A stretch of 29,763 nucleotides of DNA from a virus (IMGVR_UViG_3300046508_000147:1-29763), one strand, 5' to 3'; positions 18,280 through 26,366 are shown, numbered from the stretch's first letter. The notes: a model not told the origin generated them from the sequence alone. Made by a program: numbers and translations.

Positions 18280-20292
18280 TCACCACCAGCGATGGGTGCC
18301 GGGGCCTGGGCGCCGACCCGGACCCGGGAGGCCTGGCGGGCGGTTCGGCCGCGGTGCCGGCTGTCCCGTGGGGCTGGTCGCCGGGGGTAGCTTCGCCCGC
18401 ATGGCCTGCTGTTCCCGCCGCTTCGCCAGTTCGTTCCATTCGGGGTTCAGCTGATGGAGCGCAGCCAGGGCATAGCAGACGGCATCGAGGCTTTCCTTTC
18501 GTCGGTGCTGTTTCAGCTTCCAGATGCGGACCGACCGACCGCGAACGATGCGTTCCTCGAACTCCATCCCGCAGAGCTGGCGGAAGAACTCGACGTTACA
18601 GCCGCGGCCGTCATCATCGGAAGGGAAGTGCCAGAACCCCGGCCCGCGTTCGGTCACGTTGAGCTTGGCATAGACGTGACCGCGGGCGATGTCGGTGCAG
18701 ACGTCGCGCAGCTCGCAGTGTCGCTGGTTCGTGCCGGTCCGCTTCTGCATGGGTGGGCCGACCAGGGGCCGGCGCCCGTTGTCAGCCACGCCCGCGATCG
18801 CGTAGATCCGGCGCGCCTCCTTACCCCGGCAGTAGGCATAGACCGCATCGGTCTTGTGCCCGCGCGAGTCGACCATGGCGCAGGCGATCGGAATCGAGTA
18901 CTTGTCCGCGTGCTGGTATAGGTGGTTGATCTGGTCATCCACCGGACCCCAGAAGTCCGGTTCGTCGGGATCCCCGTAGATCCGATGATACCCCAGCACC
19001 CACGCCTCGAGGCCCAGACCAAACCCGATCACGACGCCCTCGACGCGGTTGTCCTGGGTGTCCCACCCAGCGGTGATGGCGAGGACGCCGCTGGGCACCT
19101 CGCATCCGTATTCCTCAACGTGGGACGTCAGGTCGTCCACTTCGACCGATTTCAGGTCGTCCTTATATGGCTCGCCCAGCACTGTGTTGACCAACGTCCG
19201 CATTTGCTCCGGATCTCCCTTCGCGTCCAGCCACTGCTCGGCACAGTCCCGCCACCGGAAGAACGGCGAGTAGAGCGCCGAAACTGCGAATCCGATCCAA
19301 CCCGGACGACCCTTGGCCGTAGGGCTGAAGCGCGACCCAGCCAGCATCGCCGGCTTCTGTTCCTCGGTGACGATGCCACCGCAGGCTTCACAGACCATGT
19401 AGGCTTCTTCGGGCATCCCCTCAGGCCAGCGGATATGGCCGCCGGTGGGAGGATCGAACGTGAGAACCTGGTAGTGCTGGCAGTGAGGGCAGGGGACCTC
19501 GAGCACCTGCTGATCGGTCAGGTCGTACAGCTCGCAAATACGGCTCGGCACGGCTGTGGGTGATGACACGGCGAAGACCTTCGACTGGCCGGCGAACGCG
19601 TCGAGCCGCTTGCGGGCGACGGCGAAGGGATCCCCCTGCTTCCCCACCTGGCGCGGCCACTCGTCGAGCTCATCGGCGAATAGGTTCTGCGCCGAAAGGT
19701 TCTTCAGGCCGGCCGAGCTTTTCGCCGATACCAGCGTGAGGCGGCCGCCGGCCCAATACTTCTCTCGGACCGTCTCGCGCCTCGACTTGCGCGCGCTTCC
19801 AGGCCTGTTCTCGTCGGCCTCGACCAGGCCGCGCAGGAGATCGCAGTCACGGATCATCGGTTCGATCCGTTGTCGACTCGCCCGCTTGGCCAGATCGTCG
19901 GTCGGCATGATGTAGATGACCGTCTGCGGGCTGTGCTCGATCAGGTAGGCCAGCCAGTTGTTGCCGCATTCTGTTGCGCCAAGCTGGGTGGCCTTTTTGA
20001 AGACCACCACGCTGTAGGGCGAGTCCGAGCTGAGGGCGTCCATGATCGGGCGCAGGTAGGGTGCCCTGTCTGTTCTGTACCGGCCCGGTTCTTTGGCATC
20101 GTCGGGGAGGATGCGGTGAGCATCTGCCCACTCGGAGACGGTCAATCGAACCGGCGGTTCCAGCCCCGCAATGTAGGGCAGGAGAGTCGAGTCTACGGCG
20201 CTCGGAAGAAGGGCGAGCTCCGCCTCGACGTCATCGAGGCTTGGTGCGGATGAGATGTCGAGTTGCGCTGTCGAGGGCGTCACGGATCTCAT
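18280..20292 (-). CDS. Terminase large subunit, lambda gpA family
   Basis: EPGRYRTDRAPY, Walker A-like KATQLGATE, Walker B LFADELD, SSPT, VPCPHC, nuclease TAGWDTQDNR and ESLDA. Confidence 0.97.
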   Translation of the reverse strand: MRSVTPSTAQLDISSAPSLDDVEAELALLPSAVDSTLLPYIAGLEPPVRLTVSEWADAHRILPDDAKEPGRYRTDRAPYLRPIMDALSSDSPYSVVVFKKATQLGATECGNNWLAYLIEHSPQTVIYIMPTDDLAKRASRQRIEPMIRDCDLLRGLVEADENRPGSARKSRRETVREKYWAGGRLTLVSAKSSAGLKNLSAQNLFADELDEWPRQVGKQGDPFAVARKRLDAFAGQSKVFAVSSPTAVPSRICELYDLTDQQVLEVPCPHCQHYQVLTFDPPTGGHIRWPEGMPEEAYMVCEACGGIVTEEQKPAMLAGSRFSPTAKGRPGWIGFAVSALYSPFFRWRDCAEQWLDAKGDPEQMRTLVNTVLGEPYKDDLKSVEVDDLTSHVEEYGCEVPSGVLAITAGWDTQDNRVEGVVIGFGLGLEAWVLGYHRIYGDPDEPDFWGPVDDQINHLYQHADKYSIPIACAMVDSRGHKTDAVYAYCRGKEARRIYAIAGVADNGRRPLVGPPMQKRTGTNQRHCELRDVCTDIARGHVYAKLNVTERGPGFWHFPSDDDGRGCNVEFFRQLCGMEFEERIVRGRSVRIWKLKQHRRKESLDAVCYALAALHQLNPEWNELAKRREQQAMRAKLPPATSPTGQPAPRPNRPPGLPGPGRRPGPGTHRWW

Positions 20293-20770
20293 CCTCTGTC
20301 AGGGTTTGTATCTCCCTGGGATCGGACATCGTGGCCAGTCGTCCCGACCACCGCCGGCAGACGAGCATCAGTTCCCGAAGTGTCGCCTTCCCATCCCGTA
20401 GCCGCTCTGCTTCGACATCCGCCCTCCGGAGTGTCAGTTGGTGCAGTTCCGCCAGCTCGAGTCGCAGCTTCCGGTTCTTGAGAGCCATGTTGATGGCACC
20501 CTCGCTGGCGGCAGTTGGCTCCCCTGGGGGGCGGCTGGTCCATTGCTCCCAGTCCGCATCGGCCAGATCGGGATCGATGCCGGCCTGAAGCGAGGAGCAG
20601 CCTTTCGGACATCGTCGGTGATCGGGGCAGGATCGAAAAATTCTGCCCTCCTGGAGAGCTTTCTGCACCGCCTTCTGACACGTCCCGCTGAGGCCCAGGT
20701 CCTTCCGGCGGCGCGCGTACGCGCGGGTGCCGAGGAACTCCCGCTTGCTCCCTGCCGGATCCGGATTCAT
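20231..20770 (-). CDS. Terminase small subunit (Nu1-like position)
   Basis: Overlaps TerL start; wHTH-like RAYARRR...AVQKALQEGRI...IDPDLADADW then coiled coil; start uncertain (ATG 20770 or GTG 20893). Confidence 0.75.
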   Translation of the reverse strand: MNPDPAGSKREFLGTRAYARRRKDLGLSGTCQKAVQKALQEGRIFRSCPDHRRCPKGCSSLQAGIDPDLADADWEQWTSRPPGEPTAASEGAINMALKNRKLRLELAELHQLTLRRADVEAERLRDGKATLRELMLVCRRWSGRLATMSDPREIQTLTEDEIRDALDSATRHLIRTKPR

Positions 20771-20896
20771 GACCGGCTTCGGTCGCCTGGTAGGTCGCGC
20801 GCGGGTAGACGTGGGGGTCTCGGCGGCGATTGCAGATTTGAGTCCCGAGCCCACCCGAGGGGTCCTCTTGGGTGATGTCTTAGAGTGAAGCACTGC

Positions 20897-21034
20897 CGTA
20901 ACTCATTGCATCGCCTTGCTTATTGTGGGGGACGACCCAGTTTCCGATCGAACGCGGAGAGAGAAACGGTGCGCAGCGCTATCCGTCTGAAACGCGTCAG
21001 TTAGGACCCACTTGTTGATAGACAATGGGTTACG
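20897..21034 (-). other. Candidate cos packaging site
   Basis: GGGTCCT (identical to lambda cosQ) at 21009-21003, followed by ACGG-N13-CCGT dyad, flanked by an 11/12 inverted repeat, just upstream of TerS. Confidence 0.5.
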
Positions 21035-21063
21035 CCGCTCGCCGTGCCATACGCATGGAAGAT

Positions 21064-21582
21064 TCATGCGCCCGGTTCCCCCTTTGCCTTCGCGGCCATG
21101 GCCTCGCGGATCGCCATGGCTATCTCGGGCGCTTTGGGAAACACGCCCTCGATGTACGTGATCACCGCCGCATACGCCTGGTTGAGAGCGTCGATCCGGG
21201 CGCGCTCCCAGCTCCCGATGCGGAGCCAGGTCGCGATGCGACCCCGCTGCCGCTTCACGGGAACGGCCGCGAGGAAATCCTGGAGTCTCACCAGGTGCAT
21301 CGCGGTGGTGTAGGCGCCTACATCGACGGACCCGTAACGCGCCACGATCACGGGCGGCCTGTCTTGGGCCGGAAGCTCCTGACTCCGAAAGTAGATCCGA
21401 ACCCGGTCGTGGGGCATGGTCGTTATCGCTGTCAGTTGCGCATCAGCGGGGATACCGTCGACACACCGCAGCGCCATGCTCCCGGTCGACCAGCCCGCCC
21501 TGAGGATCTGTGCGATCATCCCGATTGAAACCTCCACGATTCCAGTGCCGAAGCCGGCCTTCTTGGCTGCCGCATATCCCAT
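21064..21582 (-). CDS. Hypothetical phage protein
   Basis: Open frame with purine-rich leader before ATG 21582; last gene before packaging region. Confidence 0.55.
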   Translation of the reverse strand: MGYAAAKKAGFGTGIVEVSIGMIAQILRAGWSTGSMALRCVDGIPADAQLTAITTMPHDRVRIYFRSQELPAQDRPPVIVARYGSVDVGAYTTAMHLVRLQDFLAAVPVKRQRGRIATWLRIGSWERARIDALNQAYAAVITYIEGVFPKAPEIAMAIREAMAAKAKGEPGA

Positions 21583-21875
21583 CTCTTCCCCCCCGCAGTT
21601 AGATCGAGACCTAAGACAGTCGAGTCGATACCCAAGACCTGAAGCGTTGCGCATGCCACGGCTCTGTTGGCTTCCCGGGTCGCTGCATTCCACCCGGCGG
21701 CAAATGCCCTGTCGAGCCGGTTGTGAAGGTACGTACCACTCGGATAACCGGACTGGCAGGTCTTCCCTTCATCCGACTCTAACCAGGCAAGACGGGCGGA
21801 GGCGTAGGCCGTGGGGATGGTTGGTGCTCTCTCCCCCTTCCGGGGTTTCTTGGTCGCCTTCACGATGTGGGCCAT
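21516..21875 (-). CDS. Hypothetical phage protein
   Basis: AGGAGGAG SD before ATG 21875; YLHNRLDRAFAAGWNAA helix typical of small phage proteins. Confidence 0.6.
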   Translation of the reverse strand: MAHIVKATKKPRKGERAPTIPTAYASARLAWLESDEGKTCQSGYPSGTYLHNRLDRAFAAGWNAATREANRAVACATLQVLGIDSTVLGLDLTAGGKRWDMRQPRRPASALESWRFQSG

Positions 21876-21910
21876 TGGTTGCTCCTCCTGCAAATCTCCC
21901 GCAGCTGCTG

Positions 21911-22471
21911 TCAGAATCCCGGCCCAAGCGCCGGCGCTTCCTCCTGCATTGCCTCCGCTAGAGGCTCGCGATACTGCTCCCGCAGCTCCAGCTTCTCGAT
22001 CCCCCGGCGAAGCCGGCCTCGGACTGGCTCGAACGGCACGAGTTCGATGCCCGCCCGCAGGGTCAGCACGCCGGGCTTGAGCTCCTGACCGAGCATCGCC
22101 AGGTCCACCACGGAGCAGGTGCCGAACGCCAGCTGAAACGGCGCCCGGGTGCAGTGGTGCCGGTAGGCGCCCCACACGCAGTCGGGGCAGGCGCGGGCCG
22201 CCGGGTACCAGGTCTCGCCTTGCCGCTGGAAGTGCATGAGCCACCCGCCCAACACGTGCCGATCGCGCGTCCAGTCGCCCCCACATCGCTTGCAGGGCGC
22301 GTACCCCTCAAGATCCGGCACGTGAACTGTGAGTTCGTGCCCGTTCTCGTAGTCCTTCGCCTCCCTGGTCGGGACTCGGAACGCCAACCCGTTCCTGCCC
22401 TCGAGGGTCAGAATCGTCGGGTCCGCATCGGCTCCGCCGAAGTCAGACCTTCCCCGCCTTTTGATCACCAT
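21911..22471 (-). CDS. Zn-binding hypothetical protein downstream of initiator
   Basis: GGAGG SD before ATG 22471; CKRC and CPDC pairs. Confidence 0.6.
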   Translation of the reverse strand: MVIKRRGRSDFGGADADPTILTLEGRNGLAFRVPTREAKDYENGHELTVHVPDLEGYAPCKRCGGDWTRDRHVLGGWLMHFQRQGETWYPAARACPDCVWGAYRHHCTRAPFQLAFGTCSVVDLAMLGQELKPGVLTLRAGIELVPFEPVRGRLRRGIEKLELREQYREPLAEAMQEEAPALGPGF

Positions 22472-23411
22472 TCCGCCTCCGCAGCCAGCCTTCAACCTTC
22501 TCTTTACTCTTGAGGATGTGCTTGTCTAACTCGTTGAACGTAGCGCCGTTCGTCTTGTCCATCTCGCCCATGTGGAACGGTGACGCCCGACATCGATCGA
22601 TCGCCAGACAGAGCGCGTCGGGGGTGTACTCGGTGAGCCGGGTGCGGATCGTGCGCCGCCGGCTTGGGGTCAGCTGGTACTCGCCCTCCTGGAAACCCAT
22701 AACCTGCAGGTAGTGCTCGTATACGCTGCGAATTTCCGCCTTCGTTGGACCTCCGGGTGACTCTTCGGAATCATCGCCAGGTGGCTCCTGACCCTTGCCG
22801 GGACCTGGCCGCGCCGCTTCGGAACCGGGGGCGTCCGACTCGCCAGCGGCGGGTTGGACGAGCTCTGAGCGTAGCGAAGAGCTTAAAACGACTCCGGATA
22901 CGTCTCCGTCTTCGACTCCGGATACGTCTCCGTCTAAGTGCGCACATGCTGGCACTTGCTGCGCATCTGCTGCGCACGTGCTTAGCACTTGCTGCGCATC
23001 TGCTGCGCACGTGCTTAGCACTTGCTGCGCATCTGCTGCGCACGTGCTTAGCACTTGCTGCGCATCTGCTGGTGGATCCGGGAATCGGCTTGCCTTTGAC
23101 CTAACCTGCTGACGGAAGTCATCCAGCTGCAAGAAGGCGTGGCCACGTACCTTGTAGACGACCACGAGGGGATTGCCCTCGCAATCCACGGCGAGGCAGC
23201 ACTCGGCCAGCCAGGTCTGGATGTCCGAGTCCGCCACGCTATCGAGCCGGAGAGGAAAGCAGGCCGCCCGGAGCAGGCTGGGGTGGGCGTCAAACCGCCC
23301 GAAATCGTCGATGACGCTCATGAGGCGTCTGTAGAACACCTCCGCCGGCGCCGAGAGCTGGTTCACCCGGTCGGACTTCAGGATCCGCTCACGCAGAATT
23401 CTGTTCGGCAT
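22443..23411 (-). CDS. Phage replication initiator (replisome organiser-like)
   Basis: MPNRILRE.I..S..VN.LS..AE.FY.RL....DDFGR N-terminal domain; internal repeats; C-terminal LTPSRRRTIRTRL...AI......PF..G helical domain. Confidence 0.8.
   Translation of the reverse strand: MPNRILRERILKSDRVNQLSAPAEVFYRRLMSVIDDFGRFDAHPSLLRAACFPLRLDSVADSDIQTWLAECCLAVDCEGNPLVVVYKVRGHAFLQLDDFRQQVRSKASRFPDPPADAQQVLSTCAADAQQVLSTCAADAQQVLSTCAADAQQVPACAHLDGDVSGVEDGDVSGVVLSSSLRSELVQPAAGESDAPGSEAARPGPGKGQEPPGDDSEESPGGPTKAEIRSVYEHYLQVMGFQEGEYQLTPSRRRTIRTRLTEYTPDALCLAIDRCRASPFHMGEMDKTNGATFNELDKHILKSKEKVEGWLRRRNGDQKAGKV
22889..22935. repeat. Direct repeat, 23 bp x2, period 24
   Basis: CGACTCCGGATACGTCTCCGTCT at 22889 and 22913 (encodes DGDVSGV twice). 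Confidence 0.9.
22952..23071. repeat. Perfect 33-bp tandem repeat, 3 full copies plus 21 bp (putative iterons)
   Basis: GCACTTGCTGCGCATCTGCTGCGCACGTGCTTA at 22952, 22985, 23018, partial at 23051. Confidence 0.95.
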
Positions 23412-23429
23412 GCTCGCGGGTTCCTTCCC

Positions 23430-23495
23430 TCATTTCTCGATCTCCGCTTTCGAGTTCTCCACCGCGACGGACGTGTTCTCAGCGTACCGACGCAC
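23430..23495 (-). pseudogene. Truncated remnant of a common phage gene (21 codons)
   Basis: GGAGGG/GGAG SD then MRRYAENTSVAVENSKAEIEK-stop, resembling the N-terminus of a longer phage protein family (YA..T.V.VE.S.AEIE). Confidence 0.5.
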
Positions 23496-23507
23496 TCCAC
23501 CCTCCCG

Positions 23508-23897
23508 TCACGGCGCTACGTCGAAATCGCACGCCTGGGGCCCGACCCGCACCGGAGCGAAGCGAACCGAGACCACCTGCTTCTGCCCGGCCTGCAGCGC
23601 GTAGGGGACGGCCGCCGCCGGGCTTTCATTCAGAAGCAGGGTGAAGTCAGGTCCGCAGGTTGCCCTTGGCCGCACTGATCCCCTCAGCGTCCCGCCCCCG
23701 ACGTTCTCGATCGTGAAGGTGTTCACCGCCACGAGACCGCTATCGAGGCTTCCAAAGGCCAGGACAGCGGGGGTCAATTTCATGTTTGGCGACGGCCGCG
23801 TGCCCGTCCCCGTACAGGAGACCAGTCCGTTCGTGGCGCCCCATGCCAGGCCGACCACCAGGGCGAGTAGAGCCGCAAACCACAGGATCCGCCTCAC
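23508..23897 (-). CDS. Secreted single ASH / choice-of-anchor-D-like Ig-fold protein
   Basis: Signal peptide MRRILWFAALLALVVGLAWG; P..L.FG......NTFTIEN.GGGTL.G...Y.L.AGQ...V.VRFAP...G motif; GAGGAGG SD. Confidence 0.8.
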   Translation of the reverse strand: MRRILWFAALLALVVGLAWGATNGLVSCTGTGTRPSPNMKLTPAVLAFGSLDSGLVAVNTFTIENVGGGTLRGSVRPRATCGPDFTLLLNESPAAAVPYALQAGQKQVVSVRFAPVRVGPQACDFDVAP

Positions 23898-24304
23898 CGA
23901 ATACCTCCTCGTGTTCCTGTTCCTGAGACCTGGATCACCGACTCCGTGCCGGCGATCCCCGCGACGCGCTCAACGACGTTGGAAATCGGGGACCAGTTTT
24001 CCCGGTTGTCCATCGTCTTCAACGCAAACCAATACCGCACCCCCGGTCTCAGCCCGAGGATGGTGAACGCCTCGTATGTCCCCGCCGAGTCCGGCGGTGG
24101 CATCCCCTGGACGATCGCCGCCGCTGCAAAATTCGCAGAGTCGATCGGCGCTTCCGAAATCCGGAGGTCATAGGCCTCCAAACAGCCAGGCGACCCGTCG
24201 TCCCTCCGATCGTCCGGAGCTATCCAGGTCAGCGTGGCGACGCCAGCATCGCCAAGGACAAAGGCAGCCATGAACCCGGCGACAACAACGGAGAGGACAC
24301 TCAC
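23894..24304 (-). CDS. Exported single fibronectin type III domain protein
   Basis: GTGA overlap start at 24304; hydrophobic N-terminus; LTW.AP.D...YDLR.S..PI...NF..A...GL.PG..Y.FALKT.D...NWS.ISNV motif. Confidence 0.8.
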   Translation of the reverse strand: MSVLSVVVAGFMAAFVLGDAGVATLTWIAPDDRRDDGSPGCLEAYDLRISEAPIDSANFAAAAIVQGMPPPDSAGTYEAFTILGLRPGVRYWFALKTMDNRENWSPISNVVERVAGIAGTESVIQVSGTGTRGGIR

Positions 24305-24591
24305 TTCTTTGCCATCCTTTCCCGCCGACAGTCGAAACAGTACGGTGGCTCTCCCTTTTGGGCGGTGTTGACGATTACAGCCGGACCGCGCCCGCACGCG
24401 CACAGGCAGGACGCATCGGGCGGCGGCGGCGGTTCGGGGGTCGCCTCCATCCAGTCGCGCACTATTTCGGACACGGACACCCTTTGGACTGCAGCGACAC
24501 GGCGCGCCTTGTCCCAAATCGCATCCGGCACCTTGACGCTTCGCACGCGCACTGGCGAATCGTGGTCAAGTCTGGTCCAGCCGCGCTTCAT
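24301..24591 (-). CDS. Ribbon-helix-helix DNA-binding protein with C-terminal Zn ribbon
   Basis: RSVKVPDAIWDKARRVA....VSVSEIVRDWM (Arc/CopG pattern), poly-Pro linker, CxCxC...CxxC; start ATG 24591 tentative. Confidence 0.7.
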   Translation of the reverse strand: MKRGWTRLDHDSPVRVRSVKVPDAIWDKARRVAAVQRVSVSEIVRDWMEATPEPPPPPDASCLCACGRGPAVIVNTAQKGEPPYCFDCRRERMAKK

Positions 24592-24687
24592 GGATTCGCC
24601 CGTTTCAGTGTGTGAGCCACCATGTCCATCCTGAAACGGTGGGCCGGAGCATTGCCCCCGACCCACCCTGATTTCTTCTCAGACCTG

Positions 24688-25200
24688 CTAGACCTGCTCG
24701 TACGGCGTGCCCGGGCGCATCGTGCCGGTGACCGCCTTGCCACCAACGACCGTGAGGTTGAGGATGGCCGTGACCGGCTCGTCGCCGTCGCCCTTATCTG
24801 CGTCGGCCCGAGCGACGACCTGGAAGTTGCCGAGGTGGCCAGCTTCCTGAACCAGGAGAACGTCGACACCACCGTCGTCAACCGTGCTCGGTGCGATGAT
24901 CAGGGCCGCCGGATCGGATGGCGTGAACGTCAGTGAGCCTTCCTGGACCGGGGCGTCGTTCCCCACCTTGTCCAGCCACAGCGGAGGAGCGAGGTGGAGC
25001 CCCTGGGTGTCAGTGATGAGAAGGGTGATTGGATCCATGGAACAGTTACCTCCTTGTGTCTCCGGTGAGACCTCGTACACCGGGCCGATCCGCCATTGGA
25101 CCGACCCTCCTCGTGGCCTTCGCGGACGCGAAAGCCGCTCAACGATGAAGCCGCAGATCCCGGCGGCTAAGGAGACTAGAATCAGAAATGACTTGGACAC
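24688..25200 (-). CDS. Ig-like domain protein with N-terminal membrane anchor and second in-frame start
   Basis: AAGGAG before GTG 25200 and AAGGAGG before ATG 25038; D..GN.APV...TF..SDPA...I.P Ig-like pattern. Confidence 0.6.
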   Translation of the reverse strand: MSKSFLILVSLAAGICGFIVERLSRPRRPRGGSVQWRIGPVYEVSPETQGGNCSMDPITLLITDTQGLHLAPPLWLDKVGNDAPVQEGSLTFTPSDPAALIIAPSTVDDGGVDVLLVQEAGHLGNFQVVARADADKGDGDEPVTAILNLTVVGGKAVTGTMRPGTPYEQV

Positions 25201-25225
25201 GACGAACTCCTTTGTTCCTGCCCTT

Positions 25226-25711
25226 CTACGGGCCTGCCCACTCCAGCGAGAGGTCGCGCAGGCGCGCATCGGGAGTGAGCTCCCCGCGCGGAACCCGCGC
25301 GAACGTCCACTGCCGGCAGAGGCCTCGGCCCCTGCCCCTAGACCGCACCACAAAGAACGTGATCCAGGGGAACAGCGAGGCAGCGATGAACACCTTCGCT
25401 CGGGCGTCATCCTCCATGTGCCCCTTCGTCTCGTGCGCTTCGAGCCGACAGCAGCCGGGCCCCTGCGGAATGAGGACCGTAAAGTCCGGGGTGTAGCGCG
25501 TGTCCGCGGCGAGCCGCAACGTCAGCGCCTGGAAGTCCCACTTCAGGATCTCTCCCGAGCGCCGCAGGAGTTCCAGGCGGTCCCTGTAGTCCTCCTCGGT
25601 GCGGTTCGGACCCTTGTCCGCTCTTGCTCGCGGTCGTCCGCCGGCGTTTCCTCGTTTGCCGCGAACGAGCTGCGTGTCGGCTATCAGGCGTGCTAGCTCG
25701 GCCTGGTTCAT
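25226..25711 (-). CDS. PD-(D/E)XK endonuclease (DUF1064-like / resolvase-like)
   Basis: N.TE..Y...L...GEI..W.F....LRLA...RYTPDF...HETKG motif; ATGA overlap start. Confidence 0.8.
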   Translation of the reverse strand: MNQAELARLIADTQLVRGKRGNAGGRPRARADKGPNRTEEDYRDRLELLRRSGEILKWDFQALTLRLAADTRYTPDFTVLIPQGPGCCRLEAHETKGHMEDDARAKVFIAASLFPWITFFVVRSRGRGRGLCRQWTFARVPRGELTPDARLRDLSLEWAGP

Positions 25712-25995
25712 GCCCTCGTCCGCTCCACTCGCGCCTCCCCCTCCCTCGTGAACAGCCCGCACGCCGACCAACGAACGCGCCAGTCGGATCCGGGCCCCAT
25801 AGTCCAGCGGGTCAGGCGGCACTTGAAGTACCCGCCACGGCGGCTGAAGAAGTGATCGCAGTCCCCGCACTTCTTCCCTGGGCACGAGCCGTAGCAGTGG
25901 TGCATCTCCCGGATACGCCGCGGCAGGCCCTGGACGTCCTTCGGGATGGGGCGGGACGGCGCCGGCGCCGCGATGTCGGGACCGAAGAGCGTCAC
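25708..25995 (-). CDS. Cys-rich hypothetical phage protein
   Basis: GTGA overlap start; CGDC.HF...YFKC...SDWR..W.ACG pattern. Confidence 0.7.
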   Translation of the reverse strand: MTLFGPDIAAPAPSRPIPKDVQGLPRRIREMHHCYGSCPGKKCGDCDHFFSRRGGYFKCRLTRWTMGPGSDWRVRWSACGLFTREGEARVERTRA

Positions 25996-26366
25996 GGCAG
26001 CTCGGCCTCTAGCGCATCGCCGCAGGCTGTGCAAAGGGTCTCATCCGCGCACCGCGGATCCGGGATTTCCACCACTACGCCGCAAGATCCGCAACGGTGA
26101 CGCCACTCGAACCCCGCGGCATCGAGAGCCTGTTGCAGCTCGACGTAGTCCCCGTCACGAGCGATCTGTGCGGACCAGACCGCGGCCTGGCGCAAAGCCC
26201 GCAGCTCCCTCAGCAGCTGCGGGAACGCATCGCGGACCAGGTCCGCCCGGATCCACCGGCGCCGGTCCTCCTCCAACATGGCGTTGTAGCCGGCCGGAGG
26301 GTTCAGCCGCACGCTGGCCTCGACCGCCTGCCTTTCCCACGCCAGGAGCCTTGCCTCGGGAATCAC
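25992..26366 (-). CDS. Hypothetical protein with C-terminal Zn ribbon
   Basis: GTGA overlap start; CGSC and CTAC pairs. Confidence 0.6.
   Translation of the reverse strand: MIPEARLLAWERQAVEASVRLNPPAGYNAMLEEDRRRWIRADLVRDAFPQLLRELRALRQAAVWSAQIARDGDYVELQQALDAAGFEWRHRCGSCGVVVEIPDPRCADETLCTACGDALEAELP

Noticed and set aside
22952-23071. 33-bp repeats as a CRISPR array
   Set aside because: Copies are head-to-tail with no spacers, in frame within a CDS, and no cas genes are present
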